Origin: Salinivirgaceae bacterium
GTDB lineage: Bacteria > Bacteroidota > Bacteroidia > Bacteroidales > SZUA-534
DNA: 64,000 nt
Direction of reading: 5' to 3'
Assembly: GCA_024405635.1 (NCBI GenBank)
Contig: JAKSOL010000006.1
Span: forward strand, 65,250-129,249
Of this stretch, positions 19,192-29,790 are shown piece by piece. A program made the position numbers and the translations under genes. Under the pieces are notes generated by a model, which was not told the origin of the DNA, did not search any database, and saw nothing but the letters and a program-made list of their open reading frames with translations. Numbering within the stretch: the first letter of the stretch is position 1; every line of letters begins with the position of its first letter.

Positions 19192-21108
19192 ATGAACTCG
19201 TTTTTGAAAATTGCAGCCGTTTCGCCAACCATCAAAGTGGCCGACTGCCAATACAACACCAATTCTATTATCAATAGCCTTTCTAAAGCCGACCAACAAG
19301 GTGTACAAATTGCTGTTTTGCCCGAATTGTGCGTTTGTGGCTACACTTGCGCCGATTTGTTGAGCCAACCTTTCTTTGTAAACAAATGCGCTGAAGCTCT
19401 TGGTATAATAGTTGAAAAAACAAAATCATTCAATTTGCTTTCGGCTATAGGTTTGCCCGTAGCTGTTGACGGTCGTTTATACAACTGTGCCGCTATAATT
19501 GGCAAAGGCACCATTTACGGATTGGTTCCCAAAACATATCTGCCAAACTACAACGAGTTTTACGAGCAACGTTGGTTCACTGCTGGTCCAAATTTGCAAC
19601 GCTCTGAAATTGAATTGTGCGGACAAACCGTGCCAATTGGTACCGATTTGCTATTTGAAACAGGAAACGTGGTGATAGGTGCCGAAATTTGCGAAGACAT
19701 GTGGGTACCAATTCCACCATCGTCGTTTATGGCACTTGCAGGTGCTAATGTTTTGATAAACCTATCGGCCAGCAACGAAATGGTTGGCAAAAACGAGTAT
19801 CGCCGACAATTAATAATGCAACAAAGCGCTCGCAACATTGCAGCATACGTTTATGCTTCGTCGGGTCAAGGCGAGTCAACAACCGACTTGGTTTTTGGTG
19901 GCGCAACTTTCATTGCCGAAAATGGTTCAATATTAGCCGAAGGTGAACGTTTTACCCACGACGGTTGCATGATTGTTAGCGAAATTGATTTGGATAAACT
20001 TCAATCACAACGACTAAAGACTAGCACATTCACCACTCAAATACAAACACCAACATTCCGCCTTGTTCAAGTTCAAACATTAAATACTCAAGTTGAAAAA
20101 CTAACGCGCAAATTCAATCCGCATCCATTTATTCCAAACGATGCTCGCAGTTTGAACGAACGCTGCAGCGAAATTTTCAACATTCAAATATGTGGCCTTG
20201 CTCAACGTTTTGTGGCAAGCCATTCAAAATGCGCAGTAGTTGGCATTTCAGGCGGATTAGACTCAACCTTGGCTTTGCTTGTTGCTGTTGGAGCAATTGA
20301 CCACCTAAATTTGCCACGCACCAACATTGTAGGCATCACAATGCCTGGATTTGGTACTACCGGACGAACATACAACAACGCTATAAATATGATGCGCTTT
20401 TTGGGTGTTACTATTCGTGAAATTAGCATAGCCGACGCTTGCAATCAGCATTTTAAAGACATTAACCTTGACCCATCGGACCGAAGTGTAACTTATGAAA
20501 ATAGCCAAGCTCGCGAACGTACTCAAATACTGATGGATGTGGCTAACAAAGAGGGTGGAATGGTGGTTGGCACTGGCGATTTGAGCGAACTTGCACTTGG
20601 TTGGGCAACCTACAACGGCGACCACATGAGCATGTATGGTGTAAATGCTAGTGTGCCCAAAACCCTTGTAAAGCACCTTGTTGAGTGGGCCGCAAACGAA
20701 CCACAATATGCAGCAGCTCGCGAAACTCTGCTAGACATTATTGACACACCTATCAGCCCAGAATTGTTGCCAGCCGATAACGAAGGAAAAATTGCACAAA
20801 AAACCGAAGATTTGGTTGGCCCCTATGAACTGCACGACTTTTTCTTATACAATTTTCTACGTTTCGGATACTCACCAAAACGCTTATACTCAATGGCTTT
20901 GGTAGCTTTTGATGGCAAGTACACTGCCGTTGTTGTAAAAAAATGGTTGCTAACTTTCCTCCGTCGATTCTTCAACCAACAATTTAAACGCTCGGCTTTA
21001 CCCGATGGACCAAAAGTTGGTTCGGTTAGTCTTTCGCCTCGTGGAGATTGGCGCATGCCTAGCGACACAACTGCACAAATGTGGATGAGCGAAATTGAAA
21101 ACCTATAA
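19192..21108 (+). CDS. nadE: Glutamine-dependent NAD+ synthetase
   Basis: Nitrilase domain (PEL, PKTYLPNY.EFYE.RWF, EICED) + SGGLDS ATP pyrophosphatase motif, QQFKRS. Confidence 0.97.
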   Translation: MNSFLKIAAVSPTIKVADCQYNTNSIINSLSKADQQGVQIAVLPELCVCGYTCADLLSQPFFVNKCAEALGIIVEKTKSFNLLSAIGLPVAVDGRLYNCAAIIGKGTIYGLVPKTYLPNYNEFYEQRWFTAGPNLQRSEIELCGQTVPIGTDLLFETGNVVIGAEICEDMWVPIPPSSFMALAGANVLINLSASNEMVGKNEYRRQLIMQQSARNIAAYVYASSGQGESTTDLVFGGATFIAENGSILAEGERFTHDGCMIVSEIDLDKLQSQRLKTSTFTTQIQTPTFRLVQVQTLNTQVEKLTRKFNPHPFIPNDARSLNERCSEIFNIQICGLAQRFVASHSKCAVVGISGGLDSTLALLVAVGAIDHLNLPRTNIVGITMPGFGTTGRTYNNAINMMRFLGVTIREISIADACNQHFKDINLDPSDRSVTYENSQARERTQILMDVANKEGGMVVGTGDLSELALGWATYNGDHMSMYGVNASVPKTLVKHLVEWAANEPQYAAARETLLDIIDTPISPELLPADNEGKIAQKTEDLVGPYELHDFFLYNFLRFGYSPKRLYSMALVAFDGKYTAVVVKKWLLTFLRRFFNQQFKRSALPDGPKVGSVSLSPRGDWRMPSDTTAQMWMSEIENL

Positions 21109-21112
21109 GCCA

Positions 21113-21727
21113 ATGGGAATTGTTGAAATACTTTTTTTGGCCGTAGGACTTTCAATGGACGCCTTTTCGGTATCGCTATGCAAAGGGCTTAAAATGCCCA
21201 AACTGAATATGCGTCATGGTTTGGTTATTGCTCTTTTCTTTGGAATTTTTCAAGGCGTTATGCCAATAATTGGCTGGTTGTTAGCCGTTAGTTTTGCCGA
21301 ATATGTTACGTTGGTTGACCATTGGATTGCCTTTGTGCTTTTAACTTACATTGGTGGAAAAATGGCTTTTGAATCGTTTAAATCTGATGAAGAAAAGCAC
21401 TGCGACCACAACTGCGCAGTGTGTAGCCAAACAAATTGCAACATTCTAAAACTAGATTACAAAGAACTATTTGTGCTAGCCATTGCTACAAGTATCGATG
21501 CTTTGGCTGTTGGTATAACTTTTGCTTTTACGTCAAACATGCCCACAATACGAGTTCTTGGAGCATCTGGGTTAATTGCAATCACCACTTTCGCCTTTTC
21601 AATAGTTGGTGTAGCCATAGGAAACCGCTTTGGAGTACGCTACAAAAGCAAAGCCGAATTGGCGGGCGGAATAATACTTATTGGTTTAGGCATTAAAATA
21701 TTGATAGAAGGACTTTGCGGAAATTAG
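21113..21727 (+). CDS. mntP: Manganese efflux pump MntP
   Basis: AVGLSMDAFSVS, ATSIDALAVG, ELAGGIILIGLG; ATG 21113. Confidence 0.9.
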   Translation: MGIVEILFLAVGLSMDAFSVSLCKGLKMPKLNMRHGLVIALFFGIFQGVMPIIGWLLAVSFAEYVTLVDHWIAFVLLTYIGGKMAFESFKSDEEKHCDHNCAVCSQTNCNILKLDYKELFVLAIATSIDALAVGITFAFTSNMPTIRVLGASGLIAITTFAFSIVGVAIGNRFGVRYKSKAELAGGIILIGLGIKILIEGLCGN

Positions 21728-21774
21728 TACACCGCCAAATCAAAACAACGAATAACCAAAACAATAAACCCAAT

Positions 21775-22464
21775 ATGAGTTTAATAGTAATTGAAGGCCT
21801 TGATGGCGCAGGAAAATCAACACAATTAAAACTACTTCGCCAATATCTTGACGAAAAAGGACAACCATTTGAATATCTTCACTTTCCTCGTGTTGATAAC
21901 GGAATTTTTGGCGACCTTGTTTCTCGTTTTCTACGTGGCGATTTGGGCGCAAACAACCAAGTTAACCCTTACCTTGTAGGCTTAATATACGCAGGCGATC
22001 GTAACGATGCTCAATCAACAATCAGACAATGGCAAAACGAAGGAAAACTGGTAATTATTGACCGTTACATATATTCAAACATGGCTTATCAGGGTGCAAA
22101 ACTGAAAACAGTAGAGGAGAAGCAACAACTTCGCCAATGGATAAACAACCTTGAGTATGGTTACTACAACATTCCGCAACCCGATTTGAGTTTATTCCTC
22201 GATGTGCCATTTTCATTCACCCGACGCAGTTTAGAATCGGTTCGTACTGGCGACGATAGAGCTTATCTTGCTGGTAAACAAGACATTCACGAGGCAGATC
22301 TTAACTTTCAAGAAACTGTGCGTCAAGAATACTTGGACCTAATTCGCACCGAAAACAAGTTTGAGTTGATTGAGTGCTTTGATGACAACAACAACATGTT
22401 GACTCCAGACACTATTTTCGACAAAATTGTTGATAAACTAACATCATATAACATTTGTAAATAA
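21775..22464 (+). CDS. tmk: Thymidylate kinase
   Basis: IEGLDGAGKST P-loop, HFPR, DRYIYSN.AYQG; ATG 21775. Confidence 0.92.
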   Translation: MSLIVIEGLDGAGKSTQLKLLRQYLDEKGQPFEYLHFPRVDNGIFGDLVSRFLRGDLGANNQVNPYLVGLIYAGDRNDAQSTIRQWQNEGKLVIIDRYIYSNMAYQGAKLKTVEEKQQLRQWINNLEYGYYNIPQPDLSLFLDVPFSFTRRSLESVRTGDDRAYLAGKQDIHEADLNFQETVRQEYLDLIRTENKFELIECFDDNNNMLTPDTIFDKIVDKLTSYNICK

Positions 22465-22470
22465 TTGAAT

Positions 22471-23712
22471 ATGAAACCAATAACAAGGAATATTCTACTA
22501 GTTTGCCGCATCGTTCTTGGCGTAACTTTCATCTTTTCGGGATTTGTAAAAGCTGTCGATCCGCTTGGTAGTACATACAAATTTGTCGATTACTTCAACG
22601 CTTTCAACATTGGTTGGGCAAGCGGTTTGGCTTTAACATTGTCGTTTTTGCAGTCGGCTGCCGAATTTGTTGTTGGAGTGGCAATTTTGTTCAATCTGCT
22701 CATGCGCTATAGTTCGGTAATTGCGTTGGCTTTTATGGTAATTTTTACACCACTCACGCTTTACATTGCCATTTTTAATCCCGTTCACGATTGCGGTTGC
22801 TTTGGCGAAGCTTTGGTTATAACCAACTGGCACACTTTTTTCAAAAACATAGTTCTGCTTGCAGCTGCAATAATCATTTATCTGTATAGGAACAAAACCG
22901 ATAATAAATACTCAAACGTTTGGCAGTCAGCGTTTTGCATTATAGCCACATTTGCCATTTCGATTTTTGAGGTTCACTCGTACCATCACACTCAAGTGCT
23001 CGATTTTCGTGCATTTAAAGTTGGTTCGTCAATTCCCGACAAAATGAGCATTCCATCTGATGCGCCAACCGATGTTTGGGAAAGTTCGTTTGTTTATCAA
23101 AAAGATGGCAAGAAACAAGAGTTTTTGCTTACAAATTTGCCCGATAGCACATGGGAATTTGTTGAAGCCAAACACAAACTTATAAGCAAAGGCTACGAGC
23201 CTCCAATTACCGATTTTACAATAACAACACTTGAGGGCGACGACATAACCGACAATATTCTGCAAAGTTCAAACTACACATTCTTATTGGTGGCTTATAA
23301 TTTGGACAAAACCGAATTATCGTGCTACAATCGCATGAACCAAATATCGTCTGTAGCACAATCGCAAGGCTATACATTTATAATGTTAACCGCATCAACC
23401 GACGAGGCAATTGAGCGTTTTGTTGAAGCTGCCAACCCCAATTTTGGCATCTGTGTTGCCGACGAAACAATGCTAAAAACCATTGTTCGTTCAAATCCAG
23501 GACTAATGATTCTTCGCGACGGCGTTATAGTTGGAAAATGGAATTGGCGCGATGTGCCACAAACCAAATTCTTTGAGGGCAATATTCTTGCAAATAGTAT
23601 GGAACAGCAACGCCAAAAGGCTGCTAATTTTTACACTTGGGCGCTAATCTTATTGTTTGCTTTTATCGCTTGCATTTGCTTACTTGCGGCAAATAATAAA
23701 AAAGATAAATAA
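22471..23712 (+). CDS. DoxX/MauE-type membrane protein (BT_3928-like)
   Basis: FSGFVKAVDPLG, DCGCFG, RSNPGL; usual position upstream of tpiA. Confidence 0.85.
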   Translation: MKPITRNILLVCRIVLGVTFIFSGFVKAVDPLGSTYKFVDYFNAFNIGWASGLALTLSFLQSAAEFVVGVAILFNLLMRYSSVIALAFMVIFTPLTLYIAIFNPVHDCGCFGEALVITNWHTFFKNIVLLAAAIIIYLYRNKTDNKYSNVWQSAFCIIATFAISIFEVHSYHHTQVLDFRAFKVGSSIPDKMSIPSDAPTDVWESSFVYQKDGKKQEFLLTNLPDSTWEFVEAKHKLISKGYEPPITDFTITTLEGDDITDNILQSSNYTFLLVAYNLDKTELSCYNRMNQISSVAQSQGYTFIMLTASTDEAIERFVEAANPNFGICVADETMLKTIVRSNPGLMILRDGVIVGKWNWRDVPQTKFFEGNILANSMEQQRQKAANFYTWALILLFAFIACICLLAANNKKDK

Positions 23713-23753
23713 TAGTTTAACTACTTATAAATCAATATTTAATAAAACACGTT

Positions 23754-24509
23754 ATGAGAAAAAAAATTGTTGCAGGCAACTGGAAAATGAATACCACCCT
23801 GCAAGAAGGTGTTGCTTTGGCAAACGACTTGAAAAATGCATTGGCTGGTAAAACAGTAAACTGCGATGTTGTAGTATGCACTCCTTACATTTCAGTAGCT
23901 GCAGTTGCTGAAACTGTAAAAGGTTCAGTAATTGGTGTTGGTGCTGAAGATTGCTCAGCAAACGACAAAGGTGCTTACACTGGTGAAGTTTCAGCAAGCA
24001 TGGTTGCATCAACTGGTGCAAAATATGTAATCTTGGGACACTCTGAGCGTCGTCAATATCATGGTGAGAACAACGAGATTCTTATCAAAAAACTTAACCA
24101 AGCAATTGCAAACGGCTTAACTCCAATCTTCTGCGTAGGTGAGGTTAAAGAGGAGCGCGAGTCTAACACCTTCAAATCAGTTATCGAAGGTCAAATGGCT
24201 GCAATCTACACTCTTTCAGCTGCTGATTTTGCAAAATGCGTTATCGCTTACGAGCCAGTTTGGGCTATCGGTACCGGTTTGACCGCTACTAGCGAGCAAG
24301 CACAAGAGGTTCACGCTTTCATTCGTGCTTCAATTGCTGCTAAATACGATGCTGCAACAGCTGACAACACTTCAATCCTTTACGGTGGTTCATGCAAAGG
24401 TAGCAACGCTCCTGAGTTGTTTGCTCAACCTGACATCGACGGTGGTTTGATTGGTGGTGCTGCTCTTAAAGCTGACACATTTATGCCAATCATCGAGGCT
24501 TGGAAGTAA
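23754..24509 (+). CDS. tpiA: Triosephosphate isomerase
   Basis: [29 protein letters not shown]; strongly biased codon usage. Confidence 0.98.
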   Translation: MRKKIVAGNWKMNTTLQEGVALANDLKNALAGKTVNCDVVVCTPYISVAAVAETVKGSVIGVGAEDCSANDKGAYTGEVSASMVASTGAKYVILGHSERRQYHGENNEILIKKLNQAIANGLTPIFCVGEVKEERESNTFKSVIEGQMAAIYTLSAADFAKCVIAYEPVWAIGTGLTATSEQAQEVHAFIRASIAAKYDAATADNTSILYGGSCKGSNAPELFAQPDIDGGLIGGAALKADTFMPIIEAWK

Positions 24510-24529
24510 TATTCACGTAGCTTTATAAT

Positions 24530-24572
24530 AAATAAGCGTGCATCTCTTTTTGAAATGCACGCTTATTTTTTT
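24530..24572. terminator. Intrinsic terminator between convergent tpiA and map
   Basis: 14-bp perfect stem AAATAAGCGTGCAT/ATGCACGCTTATTT + T-run. Confidence 0.85.
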
Positions 24573-24594
24573 GTCCTATAAAATAGGTGATTTA

Positions 24595-25371
24595 TTAAGT
24601 AATAGGGTATTCGTCGTGAATGTCGGACAAAACCTCGTAACCGGTTTCGGTAACAAGAATGGTATGCTCAAATTGAGTTGAAAGTTTTCCATCAATTGAG
24701 CGAGCGGTCCAACCGTCGTTTGAGTCAATCACAACGCGCGATTTGCCGGCGTTAATCATTGGCTCAATGGTAAAAATCATGCCTGGACGCATTTTGTAGC
24801 CGCTGTTTTTGCGTGCAATGTGGTCAATTTGAGGTTCCTCGTGAAATTCAACTCCAACACCATGTCCACAAAATTCCCAAACTACACTATAACCTTTAGC
24901 TTGAGCATATCGGGCTATAAAAAAGCCAATGTTGCCGGTCATATTGTCGGGTCTAACTTGCTCAATGCCCAAATCTAAACAGTGTTTTGTTGCCTCAATT
25001 TGCTTGCGAGCTTTTTCCGAAATTTCACCAACTGCATACATTCTACTAGTGTCGCCATAATAACCATTCAAAATGGTGGTAACATCAATGTTAATCACGT
25101 CACCTTCTTTCAAAATAGTGTTGGGCGAGGGTATTCCGTGACAAACAACTTCGTTTGGCGAAATGCAAGTGTATTTTGGATAACCGCTATATCCTAAACA
25201 AGCTGAAATTGCGTGATTATCAGCAATATATTCAGCAATTATATTGTCAAGATATTCGGTATTTACACCTGGTTTTACGTATGGTTCAATAATATCGAGG
25301 CACGAAGCTGCCAGTTTTGCGCTTTTTCTGATGCCTTCAATCTGTTCGGCATTCTTTATTAAAATTGACAT
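24595..25371 (-). CDS. map: Methionine aminopeptidase type I
   Basis: NEVVCHGIP, INIDVT, GDTSR, GHGVG..FHEEP, FTIEPMIN, QFEHT; ATG 25371. Confidence 0.96.
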   Translation of the reverse strand: MSILIKNAEQIEGIRKSAKLAASCLDIIEPYVKPGVNTEYLDNIIAEYIADNHAISACLGYSGYPKYTCISPNEVVCHGIPSPNTILKEGDVINIDVTTILNGYYGDTSRMYAVGEISEKARKQIEATKHCLDLGIEQVRPDNMTGNIGFFIARYAQAKGYSVVWEFCGHGVGVEFHEEPQIDHIARKNSGYKMRPGMIFTIEPMINAGKSRVVIDSNDGWTARSIDGKLSTQFEHTILVTETGYEVLSDIHDEYPIT

Positions 25372-25394
25372 GTTGGTTTTTGTTTTTAATAACG

Positions 25395-25402
25395 CAAATG
25401 TA
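25395..25402 (-). promoter_or_regulatory. Bacteroidetes -7 promoter element for map
   Basis: TACATTTG on the minus strand matches TAnnTTTG. Confidence 0.6.
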
Positions 25403-25457
25403 GGCAAGTCTGCTCAATTATTACCAATAAAGAGTGTAAAAGGTTGGTTTATTGCAC

Positions 25458-25492
25458 AAAAAAAGCGGAATTCGATATTGAACTCCGCTTTT
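25458..25492 (-). terminator. Intrinsic terminator of the porin gene
   Basis: AAAAGCGGA/TCCGCTTTT stem with a U-run on the minus strand. Confidence 0.7.
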
Positions 25493-25515
25493 ATATTGGT
25501 TTATAAATCAGTTGT

Positions 25516-26676
25516 TTAGAAGTAGAATTGCAAACGGCCTTGAATCATGTGTAAACCTTTGTCGCAAGCAACAGGATTAACTACAGTAGCATGGTCGTCG
25601 TTAGCTTTAGCATAAATGTAGTTCAAGCGAGCGTTGATGAATTTGTTAAAGAAGTAGTTAACCCCCAAGGTGATATCGAATTGGCTTGCTTTAATTTCTT
25701 TAGCATCTTCAAGAGCGCTTTCATATTCTTTTAAGCTTACAAAATCAACACGAGCAAGAACCTCAAGAGTTTTAGCTCCAGAGTTTGCAGCCAATGCGGT
25801 GCTCTTGTTATAGTTTTGTTTTTCGCCAATCAAAATGTACGATGCTTGAGCAAAAGCACCCGACAAGGTTGTGTTGTTTTCAGAACCTGCAACGTTTACA
25901 AATGCGCTTTGGAAACGAGCCTCGGTGTAAAGTTTACCGCTGATAAACAAAGCCTCAGCCTCAATACGGTTAACATTTGAAGCATCTGCAGCAGTAATTG
26001 AAATTAAAGAGCTGCTACCCAATGTGCTTGGGAACTTTGACGCCATTGAAACTGCGTTGTATTTGTTGCGAGTGTACATTGGAGCTACACCAAATTGAAG
26101 AACTTGGTCGTCGCTCAAAATAGGACGAACAATAGCTTTAGCACTTAATGATACACCTTTGTTCATTCCATCTTGATCAGCACTTGCGTCAGAGAACAAA
26201 CCAGCACGCAACAACAATAAGTCGCTTGAGTAGGTGTATAATGCACCTAATTTACGTGCAGGGCAAAGAACATTATCAATTGAAGCATCTTCAATGAATT
26301 TGTAAGCTGTGCCAGCAATCTTCAAACCAAAAGGTTGGAATTGGTTACCAACGCTTATTGAGTGTGCATCATTAATCTTGTAACCCATTGTTACATCGCG
26401 GAAACTGATTGTTGAATTTTTAGCAAATTGAAGTTCAACTTTAGTTGTCCATTTTTCGTCAAACGATGCGGTAAAACCAAAACGAGTGTCGTTAACACCA
26501 ACACCTCGGCGAGTGTCGCCCAAAGTTGTTGTGTCGTTTAAAAATGTTCCAGCATCAATGTGGGTACGTCCAGCAAAGCGAATTGTAATGTCGCCAGCAT
26601 CTGACTTAACTTTTACTTGTGCGTTTGCGCACATTGCAGCAACCATCAAAGCCACTGCCATAATCAATTTTCTCAT
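25516..26676 (-). CDS. OprO/OprP-family (phosphate-selective) porin
   Basis: Signal peptide; GR.HIDAG, LEVLARVD, ITLGVNYFFN...RLNY; C-terminal RLQFYF beta signal. Confidence 0.8.
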   Translation of the reverse strand: MRKLIMAVALMVAAMCANAQVKVKSDAGDITIRFAGRTHIDAGTFLNDTTTLGDTRRGVGVNDTRFGFTASFDEKWTTKVELQFAKNSTISFRDVTMGYKINDAHSISVGNQFQPFGLKIAGTAYKFIEDASIDNVLCPARKLGALYTYSSDLLLLRAGLFSDASADQDGMNKGVSLSAKAIVRPILSDDQVLQFGVAPMYTRNKYNAVSMASKFPSTLGSSSLISITAADASNVNRIEAEALFISGKLYTEARFQSAFVNVAGSENNTTLSGAFAQASYILIGEKQNYNKSTALAANSGAKTLEVLARVDFVSLKEYESALEDAKEIKASQFDITLGVNYFFNKFINARLNYIYAKANDDHATVVNPVACDKGLHMIQGRLQFYF

Positions 26677-26905
26677 TGTTATTTATTATTTAGAATTCCA
26701 TTTTTTGGGGGTGCAAAATTGAGGCTTTTTTATGAAAATCTATCAATAAAATGCACACTATTTAAAAGATTGGTAGGTGGTAAAAAAGAGTATCCCAAAG
26801 CTATGTGATTGATATTAAAAACTAATGAAAGTGCTATAAACAACGAATAACAAAAACTATCGGCAAACTTTCGCTAAATTCGCCTCAAACTAAATAAACA
26901 CGAAA

Positions 26906-27724
26906 ATGGAACGTAAATGGCAGACTATCAAAGAGTATGAAGATATTCTATTTGAATATTTTGAGGGAATTGCAAAAATAACAATCAACCGACCAGAGGT
27001 TCGCAACGCTTTTCGTCCACAAACTGTTATGGAAATGTGCGAGGCAATGGAAATTTGTCGCAACGACGAAAACATTGGTTGTGTGGTGCTTACCGGTGCG
27101 GGCGACAAAGCATTTTGCAGCGGTGGTGACCAACGTGTGAAAGGCCGTGCTGGCTATGTTGGCAACGATGGAATTCCTCGTCTGAATGTGCTTGAATTAC
27201 AGAAACTTATACGTTATTTACCAAAACCTGTTGTGGCTATGGTTAATGGTTACGCCATTGGCGGTGGTCATGTGTTGCACTTGGTTTGCGACCTTTCAAT
27301 TGCATCCGACAATGCTTTTTTTGGTCAAACGGGACCTAAAGTTGGCAGTTTTGACGGAGGTTTTGGCTCATCATATTTAGCTCGAATTGTGGGACAAAAA
27401 AAGGCTCGCGAAATTTGGTTCCTTTGTCGCCAATATTCAGCTGCCGAGGCTTTAGATATGGGTTTGGTTAACAAGGTTGTGCCTTTTGACAAACTTGAAG
27501 ACGAAGTGGTGGAATGGTGCCAAATAATGTTAGAGCGTTCGCCAATGGCTTTGCGTATGATTAAAGCAGGTTTGAATGCCGAACTCGACGGACAAGTTGG
27601 TATTCAACAACTTGCAGGCGATTGCACCTTGTTGTTCTACCAAACCGATGAGGCGCAAGAAGGAAAAAATGCGTTTCTTGAAAAACGTAAACCCGATTTT
27701 AGCAAATACAAACGCTTGCCATAA
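26906..27724 (+). CDS. menB: 1,4-dihydroxy-2-naphthoyl-CoA synthase
   Basis: [34 protein letters not shown]. Confidence 0.97.
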   Translation: MERKWQTIKEYEDILFEYFEGIAKITINRPEVRNAFRPQTVMEMCEAMEICRNDENIGCVVLTGAGDKAFCSGGDQRVKGRAGYVGNDGIPRLNVLELQKLIRYLPKPVVAMVNGYAIGGGHVLHLVCDLSIASDNAFFGQTGPKVGSFDGGFGSSYLARIVGQKKAREIWFLCRQYSAAEALDMGLVNKVVPFDKLEDEVVEWCQIMLERSPMALRMIKAGLNAELDGQVGIQQLAGDCTLLFYQTDEAQEGKNAFLEKRKPDFSKYKRLP

Positions 27725-27765
27725 AAACAGGCCAATGTGTGGTTTTTGTTGCAAACAAACAGAAC

Positions 27766-28677
27766 ATGAATAAGAAAAAAACTAAAGCGTGGATTGAGGC
27801 TGCTCGTTTGCGAACATTGCCGCTATCCATTTCGGGTATTTTAGCAGGTAGCGCCGTTGCTTGGCATCATAATTTGATGAGCATAAGCGTGTTTGTGCTT
27901 TTGTTACTTACAACAATTGCGTTGCAAGTTCTTTCAAATATGGCAAATGACCTTGGCGACTATCAACATGGTGCCGATACCGAAGAACGTGTTGGCCCAC
28001 AACGAGGTTTGCAAGGAGGAGTATTGAGCGAAAAAGAGATGCGCATCGGCGTTATAGTTTGTGCAATTGTGTCGTTTTTGGTTGGCGTTGCAATGCTTGC
28101 TGCCGCATTTATTCCTAAAAACGAGTGGATTTTCTTCGGTTGCTTTGTTGCTTTTGGCATTCTTACAATTATTGCTGCACTAAAATATACAATGGGCAAA
28201 AATCCCTACGGATACAGCGGCAAAGGCGACCTTATGGTGTTCATTTTCTTTGGGTTAGCAACCGTTGCAGGATCGTACATAATACACTCTGCCAGTTTAA
28301 ACCTTTTACCAGCTTTGTTCCCCGCCATCAGCATTGGATTGTTTAGTATGGGCGTGCTGAACGTCAACAACTTACGCGATAACGAGAGCGACAAAAAAAC
28401 AGGCAAAAACACGCAAATAGTAAAACATGGTGTTTCTTATGGACAGCGTTACCACTTGTTTCTTTGCGTTGGCGGAATTGCAAGCATGGCAGTTTATTTT
28501 GTTGCTATTCAGCAATTTTGGGGCTTAGCATGGATAGCCGTTCCTTCGTTTATTATTCTCAAACACGCACTTCGCATATTCAATGCAAAAGAGATTAAAG
28601 CTATTGATCCTGAGCTAAAAAAACTATCACTAAGCACTTTGCTGATGGCTATACTAATGTGGTGCGCGCTGATTTAA
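27766..28677 (+). CDS. menA: 1,4-dihydroxy-2-naphthoate polyprenyltransferase
   Basis: RLRTLPL, NMANDLGD..G.D, NVNNLRD..SD; ATG 27766. Confidence 0.93.
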   Translation: MNKKKTKAWIEAARLRTLPLSISGILAGSAVAWHHNLMSISVFVLLLLTTIALQVLSNMANDLGDYQHGADTEERVGPQRGLQGGVLSEKEMRIGVIVCAIVSFLVGVAMLAAAFIPKNEWIFFGCFVAFGILTIIAALKYTMGKNPYGYSGKGDLMVFIFFGLATVAGSYIIHSASLNLLPALFPAISIGLFSMGVLNVNNLRDNESDKKTGKNTQIVKHGVSYGQRYHLFLCVGGIASMAVYFVAIQQFWGLAWIAVPSFIILKHALRIFNAKEIKAIDPELKKLSLSTLLMAILMWCALI

Positions 28678-28733
28678 GCGTTACGTCATAATTTGCTGAT
28701 TATTAACCAATAACAACACGCAACTAAAATACT

Positions 28734-29771
28734 ATGCTGCAAGCATCGGTTACAAAACACATATTAAAATTCAACGAACCTAGCGGAACATCGCGCGGCA
28801 TTTTAACCGAAAAACCATCATGGTTTCTGCGCATTTGGGACTCTGAAAATCCAGAAATTGTTGGCATTGGCGAAATATCAACCATACCAAAACTATCGCC
28901 TGAAACCGATAAAGTAGTAGAACATCAACTTGAACAAAAACTGCGCAACCTTAATGCTGTTAATGTGTCCGATGATGAACAATGGCGCAATTTGCCAGCC
29001 TTAAGATTTGGTTTTGAAACAGCTTTGCTTGATTTACAAAATGGAGGCAAACACATTCTTTATCAATCAGATTTTACAAGTGGAAAAACGGGCATTCCAA
29101 TCAATGGCTTGGTTTGGATGGGCGATTTTGAAACAATGGGTCGCCGTGTTCAGCAAAAGATTGATGAGGGTTTTCGTTGCATTAAACTTAAAATTGGAGC
29201 TATTGATTTTCAGCAAGAATTACGCCTAATAGAATTCATTGCAAATAACTTTCCCGAAATTGAAATTCGCCTTGATGCCAACGGCGCATTTAATCCAAAT
29301 GATGCGCTGCAAAAGTTGAACACAATAAGCAAATTTCCCATACATTCAATTGAACAGCCTATTCGTGCAGGGCAGTGGCAGCAAATGGCTCAACTTTGCA
29401 AACAGTCGCCAATACGCATTGCTCTCGATGAGGAACTGATTGGTATTGAGGACAATATTGACGCTATGCTTGATGCCATTATGCCTCAATTTATAATATT
29501 AAAACCATCGCTTATTGGCGGACTTAAACAAAGCGAGCGTTGGATTAAAGCAGCCGAAAATCGTGGAATAGGATGGTGGGCAACTTCGGCTTTAGAAAGC
29601 AACTTTGGACTTAATGCCATTGCGCAATGGGTTTATAATCACGGATTTAATATGCCGCAAGGGCTTGGAACTGGAAAAATATACTCAAACAACATTCCTT
29701 CGCCACTCGATATGCACAATGCTCATTTGTGGCATTTGGCAACCGAAAAATGGGACGAAACAAAAATTTAA
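28734..29771 (+). CDS. menC: o-succinylbenzoate synthase
   Basis: GTSRG, CIKLKIG, RLDANG, SIEQP, ALDEEL, ILKP enolase-superfamily motifs. Confidence 0.92.
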   Translation: MLQASVTKHILKFNEPSGTSRGILTEKPSWFLRIWDSENPEIVGIGEISTIPKLSPETDKVVEHQLEQKLRNLNAVNVSDDEQWRNLPALRFGFETALLDLQNGGKHILYQSDFTSGKTGIPINGLVWMGDFETMGRRVQQKIDEGFRCIKLKIGAIDFQQELRLIEFIANNFPEIEIRLDANGAFNPNDALQKLNTISKFPIHSIEQPIRAGQWQQMAQLCKQSPIRIALDEELIGIEDNIDAMLDAIMPQFIILKPSLIGGLKQSERWIKAAENRGIGWWATSALESNFGLNAIAQWVYNHGFNMPQGLGTGKIYSNNIPSPLDMHNAHLWHLATEKWDETKI

Positions 29772-29790
29772 CCACCAAAAAACTTCAACA

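Noticed and set aside
29605-29790. N-terminal extensions in the ORF track (menE, tmk, acn, feoB-associated peptide, 9543 start)
   Set aside because: They arise from upstream TTG/GTG or out-of-context starts; downstream ATGs fit the family N-termini
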